A stretch of 64,000 nt of DNA from Nitrospinales bacterium. GTDB taxonomy: Bacteria; Nitrospinota; Nitrospinia; Nitrospinales; VA-1. The DNA is taken from NCBI GenBank assembly GCA_965223345.1, contig CBDCWG010000012.1:512001-576000 (forward strand), in the 5' to 3' direction. Each line of letters begins with the position of its first letter. Positions within the stretch are counted from its first letter, which is position 1. Both the position numbers and the translations under genes were made by a program. Positions 1 through 12,680 of the stretch are shown one piece after another. The notes under the pieces are model-generated. The model did not search any database. It worked only from the letters and a program-made list of their open reading frames with translations, and was not told the DNA's origin.

Positions 1-2
1 GG

Positions 3-1085
3 GTGGGCATCGGTTTCATGGGCGTGCTGGCGGGCTTTCTCATCCTGTCCTTTTACGGCGTGGTCGGCGGCTGGACGCTGGCTTACGTCGTCAAGTCGGT
101 CACGCAGTCGGCGCTGGCGTTCGACGACCCGCAGGCGGCGGGCGCCTTTTTCGGCAAGTTCATCGGCAACACGGGCGAGGTGCTGCTCTACCACGCGCTG
201 TTCATGGCGATCTGCATCGGCATCGTCATCAAGGGCGTGCACGGCGGCATCGAACGCGCCTGCGACATCCTGATGCCGACGCTGTTCGTCATCCTGCTGC
301 TGCTCATGGTGCGCTCGCTCACGCTTCCGGGAGCGATGGAGGGCGTGAAGTTCTACCTGTATCCGGATTTCAGCAAGATCTCGCCGGGCGTCGTTCTCAT
401 CGCCATGGGGCAGGCGTTCTTCTCGCTGAGCCTGGGCATGGGCGCGATGCTGACCTACGGCAGCTACCTCTCCGGCAAGGAAAACCTCACCTCGGTGACG
501 GTGTACGTGGTGCTGTTCGACACGATGATCGCGCTGCTGGTGGGCATGGTGATCTTTCCGGCGGTGTTCGCCATGGGCCTGGAGCCCGCGGAAGGGCCGA
601 GCCTGGTGTTCAACGTGCTGCCGGCGGTGTTCTCCAGCATGCCGATGGGCTCGCTGTTCGCCATCATCTTTTTCGCGCTGCTGGTGATCGCGGCGGTGAC
701 CTCGGGCATCTCGCTGTTGGAAGTGGTGGTCGCCTACTTCATCGACCAGAAAGGCTGGAGCCGCAAAAAAGCCGTGCTCACCGTCGGGTCGATCATCTTC
801 GCGTTCGGAGTGCCTTCGGGTCTGTCCTTCGGCGTGATGAGCGACGTCAAGATCATGGGCATGACGTTTTTCGACAACGTGGACAACATCGCCTCCAACT
901 ACCTGCTTCCGCTGGGCGGCATGCTGACGGCGATTTTCGTCGGCTGGGTCTGGGGCACGAAGGCGGCGGAAGAGGAGATCGAAAAACACGAAACCACATT
1001 CCACTGGGCGCACGCCTGGGGGATTCTCATCCGCTACGTCACCCCCGTCGCCGTCGCCATCGTTTTTCTCGCGCATTTCTTCTGA
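3..1085 (+). CDS. Sodium-dependent transporter, NSS/SNF family (5' end outside window)
   Basis: Many TM segments; NSS motifs 'ILSFYGVVGGW', 'GQAFFSLSLGMGAMLTYGSY', 'EGPSLVF'. Confidence 0.92.
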   Translation: MGIGFMGVLAGFLILSFYGVVGGWTLAYVVKSVTQSALAFDDPQAAGAFFGKFIGNTGEVLLYHALFMAICIGIVIKGVHGGIERACDILMPTLFVILLLLMVRSLTLPGAMEGVKFYLYPDFSKISPGVVLIAMGQAFFSLSLGMGAMLTYGSYLSGKENLTSVTVYVVLFDTMIALLVGMVIFPAVFAMGLEPAEGPSLVFNVLPAVFSSMPMGSLFAIIFFALLVIAAVTSGISLLEVVVAYFIDQKGWSRKKAVLTVGSIIFAFGVPSGLSFGVMSDVKIMGMTFFDNVDNIASNYLLPLGGMLTAIFVGWVWGTKAAEEEIEKHETTFHWAHAWGILIRYVTPVAVAIVFLAHFF

Positions 1086-1192
1086 TTCCCTAACCTAACA
1101 TTCCCCGTTTGCAAACAACGCTGGACGCCGCGCCGCCCGCCGTCTTAAGATAGCCTCTTTCCTCAATCATCCGTGACCAACAGGAGCGAACG

Positions 1193-1414
1193 ATGGCGCA
1201 AAAACAATACAAGGTGGAGATCGTCAAGGAAGGCGCACTGGGAACGCTGTTTCTCGGGGCCAGCAAACTGCCCATAGACAAACTGGAAGACACGCTGAAC
1301 GATTTCGGCAAGGAAGGCTGGGACCTGGAGTTCATGGTGATCGAGAGCCACCGGTTCATGCTGTTCTGGACGCGGGAAGCGGCGATCATCACCCTTTCCC
1401 GGACGTTGGCATAG
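1193..1414 (+). CDS. DUF4177-type small protein
   Basis: 73 aa; 'YKV...LNDFGKEGWDL' pattern; RBS CAGGAG upstream. Confidence 0.75.
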   Translation: MAQKQYKVEIVKEGALGTLFLGASKLPIDKLEDTLNDFGKEGWDLEFMVIESHRFMLFWTREAAIITLSRTLA

Positions 1415-1490
1415 ACGGTATTTTTTTCACCACGCCGCCCGCCGGGAGGCGTACAATAAAGGCATACCCGATAAAAAAACTCAGAGGTGC

Positions 1491-1898
1491 GTGCTCATGA
1501 AACGCTTGTCCCTGATTTTTGTTGTGCTGGCGGCCCTGGGGTGGAGCGCCCCGGTGTGGGCGCAGAATGCCGACGCCTGCAAGCCGCCTTACAAGCCTAA
1601 TAATATCTTCAAACTGCTGGTGAACTACACCCCCACTCTGGAATGGATCGCGCAGACGCCGGACAGCTGCGGCAATCGCAGTCCCTTCACCCAGAGTTTG
1701 AAAAAGCTGGTCAGCGACACCTGGGTCATGACCCAGGGCTGCATCGACGTGACGATCGAAGACATCGAGCTGGCGGAAAAACAGCGCAAGGTCGCCACAA
1801 AGATGTCGAAGCGGGAACGCGCGATCGCAACGAAAAAGTCGGTCAGAGTTTTCCCTGCGTCGCCGCGCGGTATTCCTTCGCAAAGCGCGGGAGGTTGA
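1491..1898 (+). CDS. Secreted hypothetical protein
   Basis: Sec-type signal peptide (MKRLSLIFVVLAALGWSAPVWA); RBS GAGGT; 3' end overlaps the convergent M48 gene. Confidence 0.65.
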   Translation: MLMKRLSLIFVVLAALGWSAPVWAQNADACKPPYKPNNIFKLLVNYTPTLEWIAQTPDSCGNRSPFTQSLKKLVSDTWVMTQGCIDVTIEDIELAEKQRKVATKMSKRERAIATKKSVRVFPASPRGIPSQSAGG

Positions 1899-2682
1899 AA
1901 TCCTTGGGATGGTTTTGCAGATGCGCGAGCAGCCTGCGGTAGCGCTGCTCTGGCTGCGGCGGGTGTTTTAAAAAGGCCGGCCCGTTTGTGGGCCGGGCGA
2001 CCATGCGTTTTTCCAGCACGTGTTTCAGGCCGCCGGGATGGTAGCCCAGCCGGCGCGCGTATTCGGCGGCCTTGCGATCCGCTTCGTATTCCAGCGCCGC
2101 ATCCAGCCCCCGTTCGAACACCCGATCCCCCGCAAGATCCGTCAGCCGCTGCAAAGGCGCGGGGTTGAAACCCGCAAGCCCCGGCACGAGAGCGCCGAAG
2201 CCCGGAAATTGCGCGTTCGCTTCCAGCGTTTTCAACACGTGGCGGCCGCTGATGTGGGCGATGGCGTGCCCCAGCACCCCCGCCAGTTGCGACTCGTCCG
2301 CCACCAGCCTCAACATCCCCCGGCTCACGAACACATAACCGCCCAGCAGACCGATTGAAAAAGGCACGGCGCTGTCAAGCACCGCGAAACGGTATTCCAC
2401 ACCCGGCCTTTCGGCGGCCTGCGCGACCGCCTGCCCGACGAGCGCGACGTAACGGCGCAACGCCTTATCCTCGATAACCGGACCGTGCTCGCGAAACATG
2501 CGGATGGCGAGCGATCGGCCGATCAACTGTTCCTCCTTGAGCCCGATGGGCGAGGCGTAGCCCAGCGGCCGCACGGGCCCCGCACCGATCTCGATGGCAG
2601 GCCCGCCCCCAATGCCCACGGAACCGGCGCAGGCGGTGAGAACGCAAAGGCACGCGCTCAACAGCAGTTTCCTGAAATTCAT
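1843..2682 (-). CDS. M48 family metalloprotease-like lipoprotein with HExxH changed to HAIAH
   Basis: Lipobox LTAC; 'GGYVFVSRGML..ESQLAGVLGHAIAH', 'EYEAD', 'HP' motifs of M48; start could be 2739. Confidence 0.85.
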   Translation of the reverse strand: MNFRKLLLSACLCVLTACAGSVGIGGGPAIEIGAGPVRPLGYASPIGLKEEQLIGRSLAIRMFREHGPVIEDKALRRYVALVGQAVAQAAERPGVEYRFAVLDSAVPFSIGLLGGYVFVSRGMLRLVADESQLAGVLGHAIAHISGRHVLKTLEANAQFPGFGALVPGLAGFNPAPLQRLTDLAGDRVFERGLDAALEYEADRKAAEYARRLGYHPGGLKHVLEKRMVARPTNGPAFLKHPPQPEQRYRRLLAHLQNHPKDFNLPRFAKEYRAATQGKL

Positions 2683-2728
2683 TTTCGATTCAAACCTCGT
2701 TCGCGGCTGAATTGGTTTTGCAGCAAAG

Positions 2729-3280
2729 CTAGTTGGCATTGCCTTCGGCTTTCTGGTACGGCCCCAAACCGCGGGCGGACAGAAACGCGTCCAGCTCTTC
2801 CGGCGTCACCTGCGGGACTTCCATCGCCTCGACCGCCTGAATGTCGGCGCCGGACGCTCCGGACTGCACGGCTTTTTCGTCGAGCAGCGGTTTCAAACCG
2901 CGGATCATGGAACCCGAGTCCGCTTCTTTCGCGGCGATCACCGGGCCGTTGCCGAGCACGCCCCAGAGCCCCGGATCGAACGCCGGGTCCACCGGCGCCT
3001 GCGGCGAGAGCTTGAACTTGTACACCCAGCCGGTGTCGCCTTCGGGCAGTTTCACCTGATAAAAAATGCGGGATTTTTTCAGCACCTCCACCGGCGCACC
3101 GATGCCGAGAATGCGGACCACGGGAGCACGGGCCGAGGCGGCATCGCGCAGCTTGGTGCCCGAACGCTTCACGTACAGCGTTTCGGCGAATGCGCTGACA
3201 GGAAAGAAAAAACCATTCGCGAGCCACACGCAGGTCAAAAGAAAAACCACCCGGCTCTTGCAAAACGGATGTGCGGTCAT
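2729..3280 (-). CDS. Exported SH3b domain-containing protein
   Basis: Signal peptide ending AFA; 'LRDAASARAPVV..LGIGAPVEVL...YQVKLPEGDTGWV' bacterial SH3 pattern. Confidence 0.8.
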   Translation of the reverse strand: MTAHPFCKSRVVFLLTCVWLANGFFFPVSAFAETLYVKRSGTKLRDAASARAPVVRILGIGAPVEVLKKSRIFYQVKLPEGDTGWVYKFKLSPQAPVDPAFDPGLWGVLGNGPVIAAKEADSGSMIRGLKPLLDEKAVQSGASGADIQAVEAMEVPQVTPEELDAFLSARGLGPYQKAEGNAN

Positions 3281-3310
3281 GGATGTGAGCGGATTTCGGG
3301 AACGCAACGA

Positions 3311-4414
3311 TCAGGGCTGATGCTGGAATTTCTGGCCGCGGCAAATGAGATCCAGGGAAGGCAGGGTGACTTCCTTGCCGTGGCAGGGTTCGACCTGGCC
3401 GATGACGCGGCAGTCCACCTCGTGCTCCCTGGCGACGGCGGTGACGGCTTCCGCATCCTTGGTGCTTTCGACGATGAGGCAGAAACCGACGCCCATGTTG
3501 AACACTTCGTGCATTTCGGCGTCGCTGACTTCGCCGCGGTCCTGAACGAGGCGGAACACCGGCGGCACCGGCGGCGGCGCGTCGATGACGAAGCGGATGT
3601 TCTCCGCTTCGACGCGGTTCAGGTTGCCGTAGCCGCCGCTGGTGATGTGCACCATGGCCTTGAGGTCGATGCCGGATTCGAGCATGTCGAAAACCGGTTT
3701 GACGTAGATGCGGGTCGGCTCCAGCAGCTCTTCGCCGAGGGTGCGGCCGAGCTTGTCCTCGAACTGGTTGACGGCTTCTTTCTGCTCCTCCCAGTGGGAA
3801 CCGAGCAGCACTTTGCGGGCGAGGGTGAGGCCGTTGGAATGCACGCCGGTCGAAGCGAGCCCGAGGATCAGGTTGCCGGGGCGGACGTCTTTGCCGGTGT
3901 TGACCTTGTCGAGAGCGACGTGGCCGATGCAGGCGCCGATCAGGTCGATGCCGCTGATGATCTCGCGGATCTGCGAGATCTCGCCGCCGGAGATGCTGAT
4001 CCCGGCCTGCCACGCGCCTTCGGCGAGGCCTTTGCCCAGCTGGGTGAACACGTCTGCGTCGGTGAAGGAGCAGGCGATGTAATCCACCATGCTGACCGGC
4101 CGCGCGCCGACGCAGAGGATGTCGTTGACGTTCATGGCCACGCAGTCGATGCCGATGGTGTCGTATTTCTGCATAAGCTCGGCGACCAGCACTTTGGTGC
4201 CGACGCCGTCGGTGCCGAACGCGATGCCCTGGCCTGAGCCGATGTCGATGACGTTGGCGAAGTAACCGATGTCCGCCGCCAGCGGATAGCGTTCGTTGTA
4301 GGTGCGGCTCGGCAGGATGTGCTGCAACAGGCCGGACAGGGCCCCTTCCGCGCCCTGGCTGTCCACGCCGCTTTCAGCGTATTTGGACGTTTCTGTGGAT
4401 TCGGATTTGCTCAT
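3311..4414 (-). CDS. purM: Phosphoribosylformylglycinamidine cyclo-ligase (AIR synthase)
   Basis: 'YAESGVD', 'TDGVGTK', 'IGIDCVAMNVNDI', 'STGVHSNG', 'HITSGG', 'FNMGVG'. Confidence 0.96.
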   Translation of the reverse strand: MSKSESTETSKYAESGVDSQGAEGALSGLLQHILPSRTYNERYPLAADIGYFANVIDIGSGQGIAFGTDGVGTKVLVAELMQKYDTIGIDCVAMNVNDILCVGARPVSMVDYIACSFTDADVFTQLGKGLAEGAWQAGISISGGEISQIREIISGIDLIGACIGHVALDKVNTGKDVRPGNLILGLASTGVHSNGLTLARKVLLGSHWEEQKEAVNQFEDKLGRTLGEELLEPTRIYVKPVFDMLESGIDLKAMVHITSGGYGNLNRVEAENIRFVIDAPPPVPPVFRLVQDRGEVSDAEMHEVFNMGVGFCLIVESTKDAEAVTAVAREHEVDCRVIGQVEPCHGKEVTLPSLDLICRGQKFQHQP

Positions 4415-4616
4415 GCGCTCCCGCGAGATCGGTGGTTTCCGGGTGCGATCGGCCGTCATGCCGCCGCCGCAAACGGGCGCTGGCGAAAACGCATCGGCCT
4501 GCGATTCCGGAATTTGCGCCTATCTTACCATTAAACGGCGGTGGCGTCAGCGCTGAGTTGCGCGGGTGGGTTTTCGGGCGATATGGCTCCCAAGCGGGTG
4601 TAAAAGCCGGTTCGGC

Positions 4617-6041
4617 TTAGGGGTACACGCCCATGGTGCGGTAGCTGTTGTGGATTTTTTCGATCGCCAGCGCCATGGCGGCGACGCGGAAGCTTTCGAT
4701 CGCGTCGTTCTTCCAGTAGTAGTCGCGGATTTCGTTCCAGGCCTTGCGCATGGTGTCGTCCAGCCCGGAACGCACCAGGTCGATCTCCTCGGAGCCCTGG
4801 CAGATCTCCTTGGCCAGCGCCGGGGGAACGGTGTGTCCGGACCCTTCGATGGCTTTCAGCAGAAGCAGGTTTTTGCTTTCCTCGTAGCGGCGCTGGATGC
4901 GGCCGAAGCGGATGTGCGACAGGTTTTTGATCCATTCGAAATAGGAAACGATGACGCCGCCGGCGTTGAGGTACACGTCCGGGATGCTGACGATGCCCTT
5001 TTCGCGCAGGATGGCTTCGGCTGCGAAGGTCACCGGTCCGTTGGCCGCTTCCGCCACGACCCGGGCCTTGATGCGCGCGGCGTTCTGCTGGTTGATGACG
5101 CCTTCCATCGCGGCGGGAACCAGGATGTCGCAGTCATTTTCCAGCACGGACCTGCCCTCTTCGATGTACTGCGCCCGCGTGTAGCCTTTGACGCCGCCGT
5201 TCGCCACTTTGTGCCGGTACACGGCTTCCACATCCAGGCATTCGGAGTGAACCAGTGCGCCGTCGTGCTCGATGATGCCGACGATCTTGGCTCCGTCTTC
5301 TTCCTGCAGGATCTTGGCGGTGTAGTAGCCGACGTTGCCCAGCCCCTGAATGATGACCCGCTTGCCTTCCAGGCTGCCGCCCAGTTTCGCCAGTTTGGCG
5401 TCTTCCGGGTTGCGGAAAAATTCCCTGAGACCGAACACCACGCCGCGGCCGGTCGCTTCCACGCGCCCCTGGATGCCGCCCATCGAGACGGGCTTGCCGG
5501 TGACACAGGCCAGGTGGTCGATGTCGTTGGGTTTGTGCGAGGTGTAGGTGCTGACGATCCAGGCCATTTCCCGCTGGCCGGTGCCCATGTCCGGCGCCGG
5601 GACGTTGGTTCCGGAGCCGATGTAATCTTTTTGAATGAGTTCGAAGGCGAACCGGCGGGTGATGCGCTCCATGGTTTCGCGGTCGTATTTCTGCGGGTCG
5701 ATCAGCAGGCCGCCTTTGGACCCGCCGAAAGGCACATCGACCAGGGCGCATTTGTAGGACATGAGCGCCGCCAGCGCCTCGACTTCGTCCTGATCCACCA
5801 GGGGAGAAAAACGGATGCCGCCTTTGACCGGGAGTTTGTGATCGCTGTGCACCGCGCGCCAGCCGATGAAGGTCTCAATCTTGCCGTCGATTTTGACGGG
5901 AAAGCGGACCTGGTAGACGTTGTTGACGTTGCGGATGTACTGGGCCATTCCCTCGGGAATATCCAGCACCGCGCGGGCCAGATCGAAACTGAAGTTGACG
6001 CTCTCTTTGAAACCGATTTCTTTACTCGCGGGCACAGACAT
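4617..6041 (-). CDS. gdhA: Glu/Leu/Phe/Val dehydrogenase (glutamate dehydrogenase)
   Basis: 'KGGIRF', 'VPFGGSKGG', 'VPAPDMGT', 'EATGRG', 'QGLGNVG', 'EAANGP'; start placed at MSVPASKE after AAGGA. Confidence 0.93.
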   Translation of the reverse strand: MSVPASKEIGFKESVNFSFDLARAVLDIPEGMAQYIRNVNNVYQVRFPVKIDGKIETFIGWRAVHSDHKLPVKGGIRFSPLVDQDEVEALAALMSYKCALVDVPFGGSKGGLLIDPQKYDRETMERITRRFAFELIQKDYIGSGTNVPAPDMGTGQREMAWIVSTYTSHKPNDIDHLACVTGKPVSMGGIQGRVEATGRGVVFGLREFFRNPEDAKLAKLGGSLEGKRVIIQGLGNVGYYTAKILQEEDGAKIVGIIEHDGALVHSECLDVEAVYRHKVANGGVKGYTRAQYIEEGRSVLENDCDILVPAAMEGVINQQNAARIKARVVAEAANGPVTFAAEAILREKGIVSIPDVYLNAGGVIVSYFEWIKNLSHIRFGRIQRRYEESKNLLLLKAIEGSGHTVPPALAKEICQGSEEIDLVRSGLDDTMRKAWNEIRDYYWKNDAIESFRVAAMALAIEKIHNSYRTMGVYP

Positions 6042-6387
6042 GTCGGGTTCCTTTATGGTGGAGTCTTGCGGCCGGGACCCCCGGCGCATGAATTTATCTA
6101 ATTTCAATAATTTATAGAATAACTCCAGTATAATCAAAAAACGGCAAGCGCAAAGCCTTACTTTCCAATACTTTCCGCGATTGCCGCGCAAATGGCGGAA
6201 TATCAAGGGGAAACTCATAAAAATTACACTTAAAATCTAGGTAACATGTTTGTTTTCAGGCGTCTTTTCAGCGTCATTGCCGCTCAGCAGGCGGGGGGCG
6301 TGTGGACAAGGCGGCATAAAACCGTTATCCTGAAAGCGTCAAGCCTTTTAAATTCAATAGCTAAAAGCCGCCCCGCGGCGATTCATC

Positions 6388-6807
6388 ATGATCCAGGCCG
6401 AGCATCGGATTCAGGTTGCCACACAGGGCAAGGGACTCTACAACATCCAGAGACAGATCGATGCCTGGATGGCGGAACAGAAGATACGGACGGGCCTGTT
6501 GACGGTGTTCATCCGGCACACGTCGGCTTCCCTGATCGTGCAGGAAAACGCCGACCCGGACGTGTTGGCGGACCTCAGGGATTTTTTTGCGCGTCTGGTT
6601 CCCGACGGCGACGCCGCCTACCGGCACAGCTCGGAGGGTCCGGACGACATGCCGGCGCACATCCGCGCGGTGCTCAGCCAGACCCAGATTGCGGTCCCGG
6701 TATCCCGGGGACGGCTGGCGCTCGGGACCTGGCAGGACATTTACGTTTTCGAACACCGCACGGCCCCGCACCGGCGGGAAGTGGCGCTGCACCTCATCGG
6801 AGAATGA
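6388..6807 (+). CDS. yjbQ: YjbQ/UPF0047 family (secondary thiamine-phosphate synthase)
   Basis: 'HTSASL..QENADPDV', 'EGPDDMPAHI', 'LGTWQ.IY.FEHR'. Confidence 0.92.
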   Translation: MIQAEHRIQVATQGKGLYNIQRQIDAWMAEQKIRTGLLTVFIRHTSASLIVQENADPDVLADLRDFFARLVPDGDAAYRHSSEGPDDMPAHIRAVLSQTQIAVPVSRGRLALGTWQDIYVFEHRTAPHRREVALHLIGE

Positions 6808-6847
6808 GCGGCGGCATCGGATCCAAAAAACTTTTGGGAGCTCGAAC

Positions 6848-7714
6848 ATGTTCACGCGATTCAGGCGAAGCGGCAACATTGAGAAGGCGCGTCGTGGCAA
6901 CGGGTTTCTGCGAAACACGATCCTCGTCTTCGCGTCTGCGTGGGTTTTTCTGCTGAGCGGATGCGGGAACGACGCCGCGACCGAATCCGCCGGCAACCCC
7001 GATGTTAAGAAAGTGCATCCCAAAATCGCAAAAGCCCGCGAGCTGGTGAAAAGCAAGGACTACGAAGGCGCGATCGTCGCAGCGCACGAGCTGCTCGCCA
7101 AAGAGCGGAAAAACACCGATGCCATTGCGTACATGGGATACATTTATCTGCAGCAAAAACGCTTTCACGATGCGGTGGTGTGGACGGAGAGGGCCCTGAA
7201 AATCGATCCGTACCTGGCTCTGCCGCTGGCGGTGCAGGCCAGTGTGAAATTTCATACACGCCGTTTCGATGCGGCGCTCGAACAGGCCCGCAAGGCGTTG
7301 CTCATCGACCCGAAAACGGCGCTGGCTTACCGGGTGATCGGAGAAATCTATTTGCGCCGGGGCTACCTGGAACAAAGCGTTCAGGTTCTCAAGCAGGCGG
7401 CCGCTCTGGAACCGGATGACGCAGAACTGCTCAACCTTTTGAGTTCGGCGTATCTGAAAACCAAGAACTACCCCGCCGCTTTGAAAGTGCTTCTGAAAGC
7501 CAATGAGCTGGATGGAGAAATGGCGGGCGCGCATTTGAACCTCGCCCTGACCTACGCCGCCATGGATAAGGGCATGCAGGCTCTCAAGCACATCGGCATC
7601 GCGGAAGTCCTGTATGTCGAAGCCGAAAACAGGCAGTGGGTGGCCAAGGTGCGCGACGTCCGCCGCAATATCGAAAGAAAATTCAATGTAGCGCCGGAAC
7701 AGATGGTGCACTGA
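6848..7714 (+). CDS. TPR repeat lipoprotein
   Basis: Lipobox LSGC followed by ~6 TPR-like repeats ('ALKIDP', 'ALLIDP', 'ALEPDD'). Confidence 0.8.
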   Translation: MFTRFRRSGNIEKARRGNGFLRNTILVFASAWVFLLSGCGNDAATESAGNPDVKKVHPKIAKARELVKSKDYEGAIVAAHELLAKERKNTDAIAYMGYIYLQQKRFHDAVVWTERALKIDPYLALPLAVQASVKFHTRRFDAALEQARKALLIDPKTALAYRVIGEIYLRRGYLEQSVQVLKQAAALEPDDAELLNLLSSAYLKTKNYPAALKVLLKANELDGEMAGAHLNLALTYAAMDKGMQALKHIGIAEVLYVEAENRQWVAKVRDVRRNIERKFNVAPEQMVH

Positions 7715-8169
7715 CCGGTTTTTCCGGCCCGCGTCCGAAAGCCCCGCCTCCGCAATCAAAGCGCAGCGCTTTACGTTTCAATCATTTTCCTTCTAGTCGC
7801 GCTTTATGGCAGCTCCGAAAGAACGAGACGGGTCCCACCGGTATTAACTCCCGATACGGCAACTGTTTTGAGCCGACGCTCCCAAACCGCCTTCTCGGAA
7901 AGTCGAAATATCTCAATGGATTACTAGACTTGTCCGAACCATTCATTTACAATAACCCATAAAACATCTTCATTTACATTACATCTGATTGTTGAATTTT
8001 GCGTGCAGGGATGTGTGCGTTCGCACTGAGTTGCGATCCGCATTCCTTAGATGTGCAACGCGGTGTCGTTTGCAAATTCGCCGAACGAATTTTTTTTTAA
8101 AGCGGTCTTTGACCGCAACATTTGTTTTTGTAACCCGGCCTCAACTTTATTACAACCACGTGCTGCCTT

Positions 8170-11058
<2,889 letters not shown>

Positions 11059-11222
11059 CATTTCCTTACAACCTTAATGGAAGCGTCCCGTTATCCCGGG
11101 ATGGTCTGCGGGTTTTGACGGCCGGTCTCGGTCATCCAAAACCGGCAATGCGGATTTTCAATGGTTTTTCACACAACGGGTGAGGACGAAATACGGGTGC
11201 GGTGCGGAACGGGGATGGCCGG

Positions 11223-11438
11223 TCACTGGTCTTTGGACACAACCGTGCGCCATTTGGTGCTTTTTAGATAAATCAGCATGTTGGGGGAGTTCTGCATGTG
11301 GTTGACGGCGACCACCTCCCAGTACCGGCTGCCCATGTCGGAAAGCTTTCGTTCCAGCTCGATCACTTCCCCCTCGGACGTCGGGATGGGTTCTTTCAAG
11401 ATCTTGTAATTCCATTGATATTTTTCAAATGCGGCCAT
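11223..11438 (-). CDS. Small hypothetical protein, DUF4177-like
   Basis: 71 aa 'WNYKI...LSDMGSRYWEVVAV'; RBS GGAAGGA upstream. Confidence 0.6.
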   Translation of the reverse strand: MAAFEKYQWNYKILKEPIPTSEGEVIELERKLSDMGSRYWEVVAVNHMQNSPNMLIYLKSTKWRTVVSKDQ

Positions 11439-12135
11439 GGAGGGTCCTTCCTGTTCTGAGGTCGATTTGCAGCCTTTTCCCGCCGTGAAGCCGGATTTTT
11501 CCTGCATCCCGCCGGCACAGCCGCGAAAAAAGACAACCACTGGGAAAATGAAAGCAATCTTTATACCAATAATAAGGAAAGCTTCGGGCCGGGAACCGGG
11601 GGATAGAAGCATTCCGGAACCACTGAGACTGCGGTGAGCGATGCGGGCTGACGGAATTTCCCGCAGCGGGCTGGCATCCTCTCCGCCACCGCGAAAATAG
11701 TCACCCGTAACTGATTGTGAATAAACAGGTTATGCGATCATCGCATAGAGATTTGTATTTCCGGCTCTAATCTTTCCCCGGTTTCCGGCGAGGGGGCCCC
11801 ACGCCACAAACGGTCTGGTTTTCCGGCTGCTGGGGCCGTTTCAGGCTGGCAGCTAAGCGGATGCACCGGCTCTCAGGCCCGTGGCGGGAGGGAAAATCCG
11901 CCCCGATTTGACAAATTTTGTCAATCAATCGGGCTTTGGGCAAAAATCCTCACGAATTTTGTCATCCCAAACGGCGATCCCGCACTAGATTGTCATATGT
12001 GGTAAATCTTGCTGTTGAATTTCTGGGCTTTGGCGGGGCGGCATGGGACTTGCTCTTCCAGGTGATAGAAGCAGCAATGCCGTAATCGGGATCGCCGCTT
12101 CCCATATTCACAGTACAGTGAGGAGGAATGTCATC

Positions 12136-12486
12136 ATGGTTACTGAGAACCGAAGTCTGGCCCGTTCGTTGTTCGTTCGCAAAGCCATTTTGAGAATGCT
12201 CGAAATCGTGATGGGTCTCAACCATCCCTGGGTCGCCAAATACCTCAACTATTTGGGTAAGAATTACAAGGTCAAGGGAAACACCGCGAAAGCGGAACTG
12301 TTCTATGTGCGTTCGTTGCAGATTCGCGAGGACGTGCTGGGACCGGAACACCCTGAGGTTGCGGATTCGTTGACGCGCCTTGCCGGTCTGTATGAGGACA
12401 TGAAGGATTACGCGCGCTCCAAGCCGCTGTACCAGCGTGCCGAGAAGATCGGCCAGGAACATCCCGGACAGGCCGTCGCCTGCTGA
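12136..12486 (+). CDS. Short TPR protein (kinesin-light-chain-like repeats)
   Basis: 'RSLQIREDVLGPEHPEVADSLTRLAGLY' repeat type; strong RBS GAGGAGG. Confidence 0.8.
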   Translation: MVTENRSLARSLFVRKAILRMLEIVMGLNHPWVAKYLNYLGKNYKVKGNTAKAELFYVRSLQIREDVLGPEHPEVADSLTRLAGLYEDMKDYARSKPLYQRAEKIGQEHPGQAVAC

Positions 12487-12680
12487 AGCCTCACCGGCTT
12501 CATGCGGGCGGCTCGCCTTCTGTGTGGGAAAAAGCTCTCCCATCCAGAGGACCGTTGAACCGGCCGCTGCCGGGCCTCGCGCCCCGATCCAACCGAAGCG
12601 CCGCCGGCTGTCTCCCGCCGCATTCCTTTCGAACCCATCCGAATATTCCCATCGCACTACCGCATTCCGGGCATCGCCCT

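Noticed and set aside
4566..6101. 511-aa ORF antisense to gdhA, and similar long antisense ORFs (16951..18510, 20497..22212, 23201..24844, 32554..34131, 50470..52281, 55427..57073)
   Set aside because: Shadow ORFs from GC-rich codon bias opposite clearly identified genes; no motifs of their own
7942..7978. Direct repeat TTCATTTACA x2 upstream of the hybrid kinase
   Set aside because: Two copies in AT-rich DNA, 27 nt apart; not enough to call a binding site
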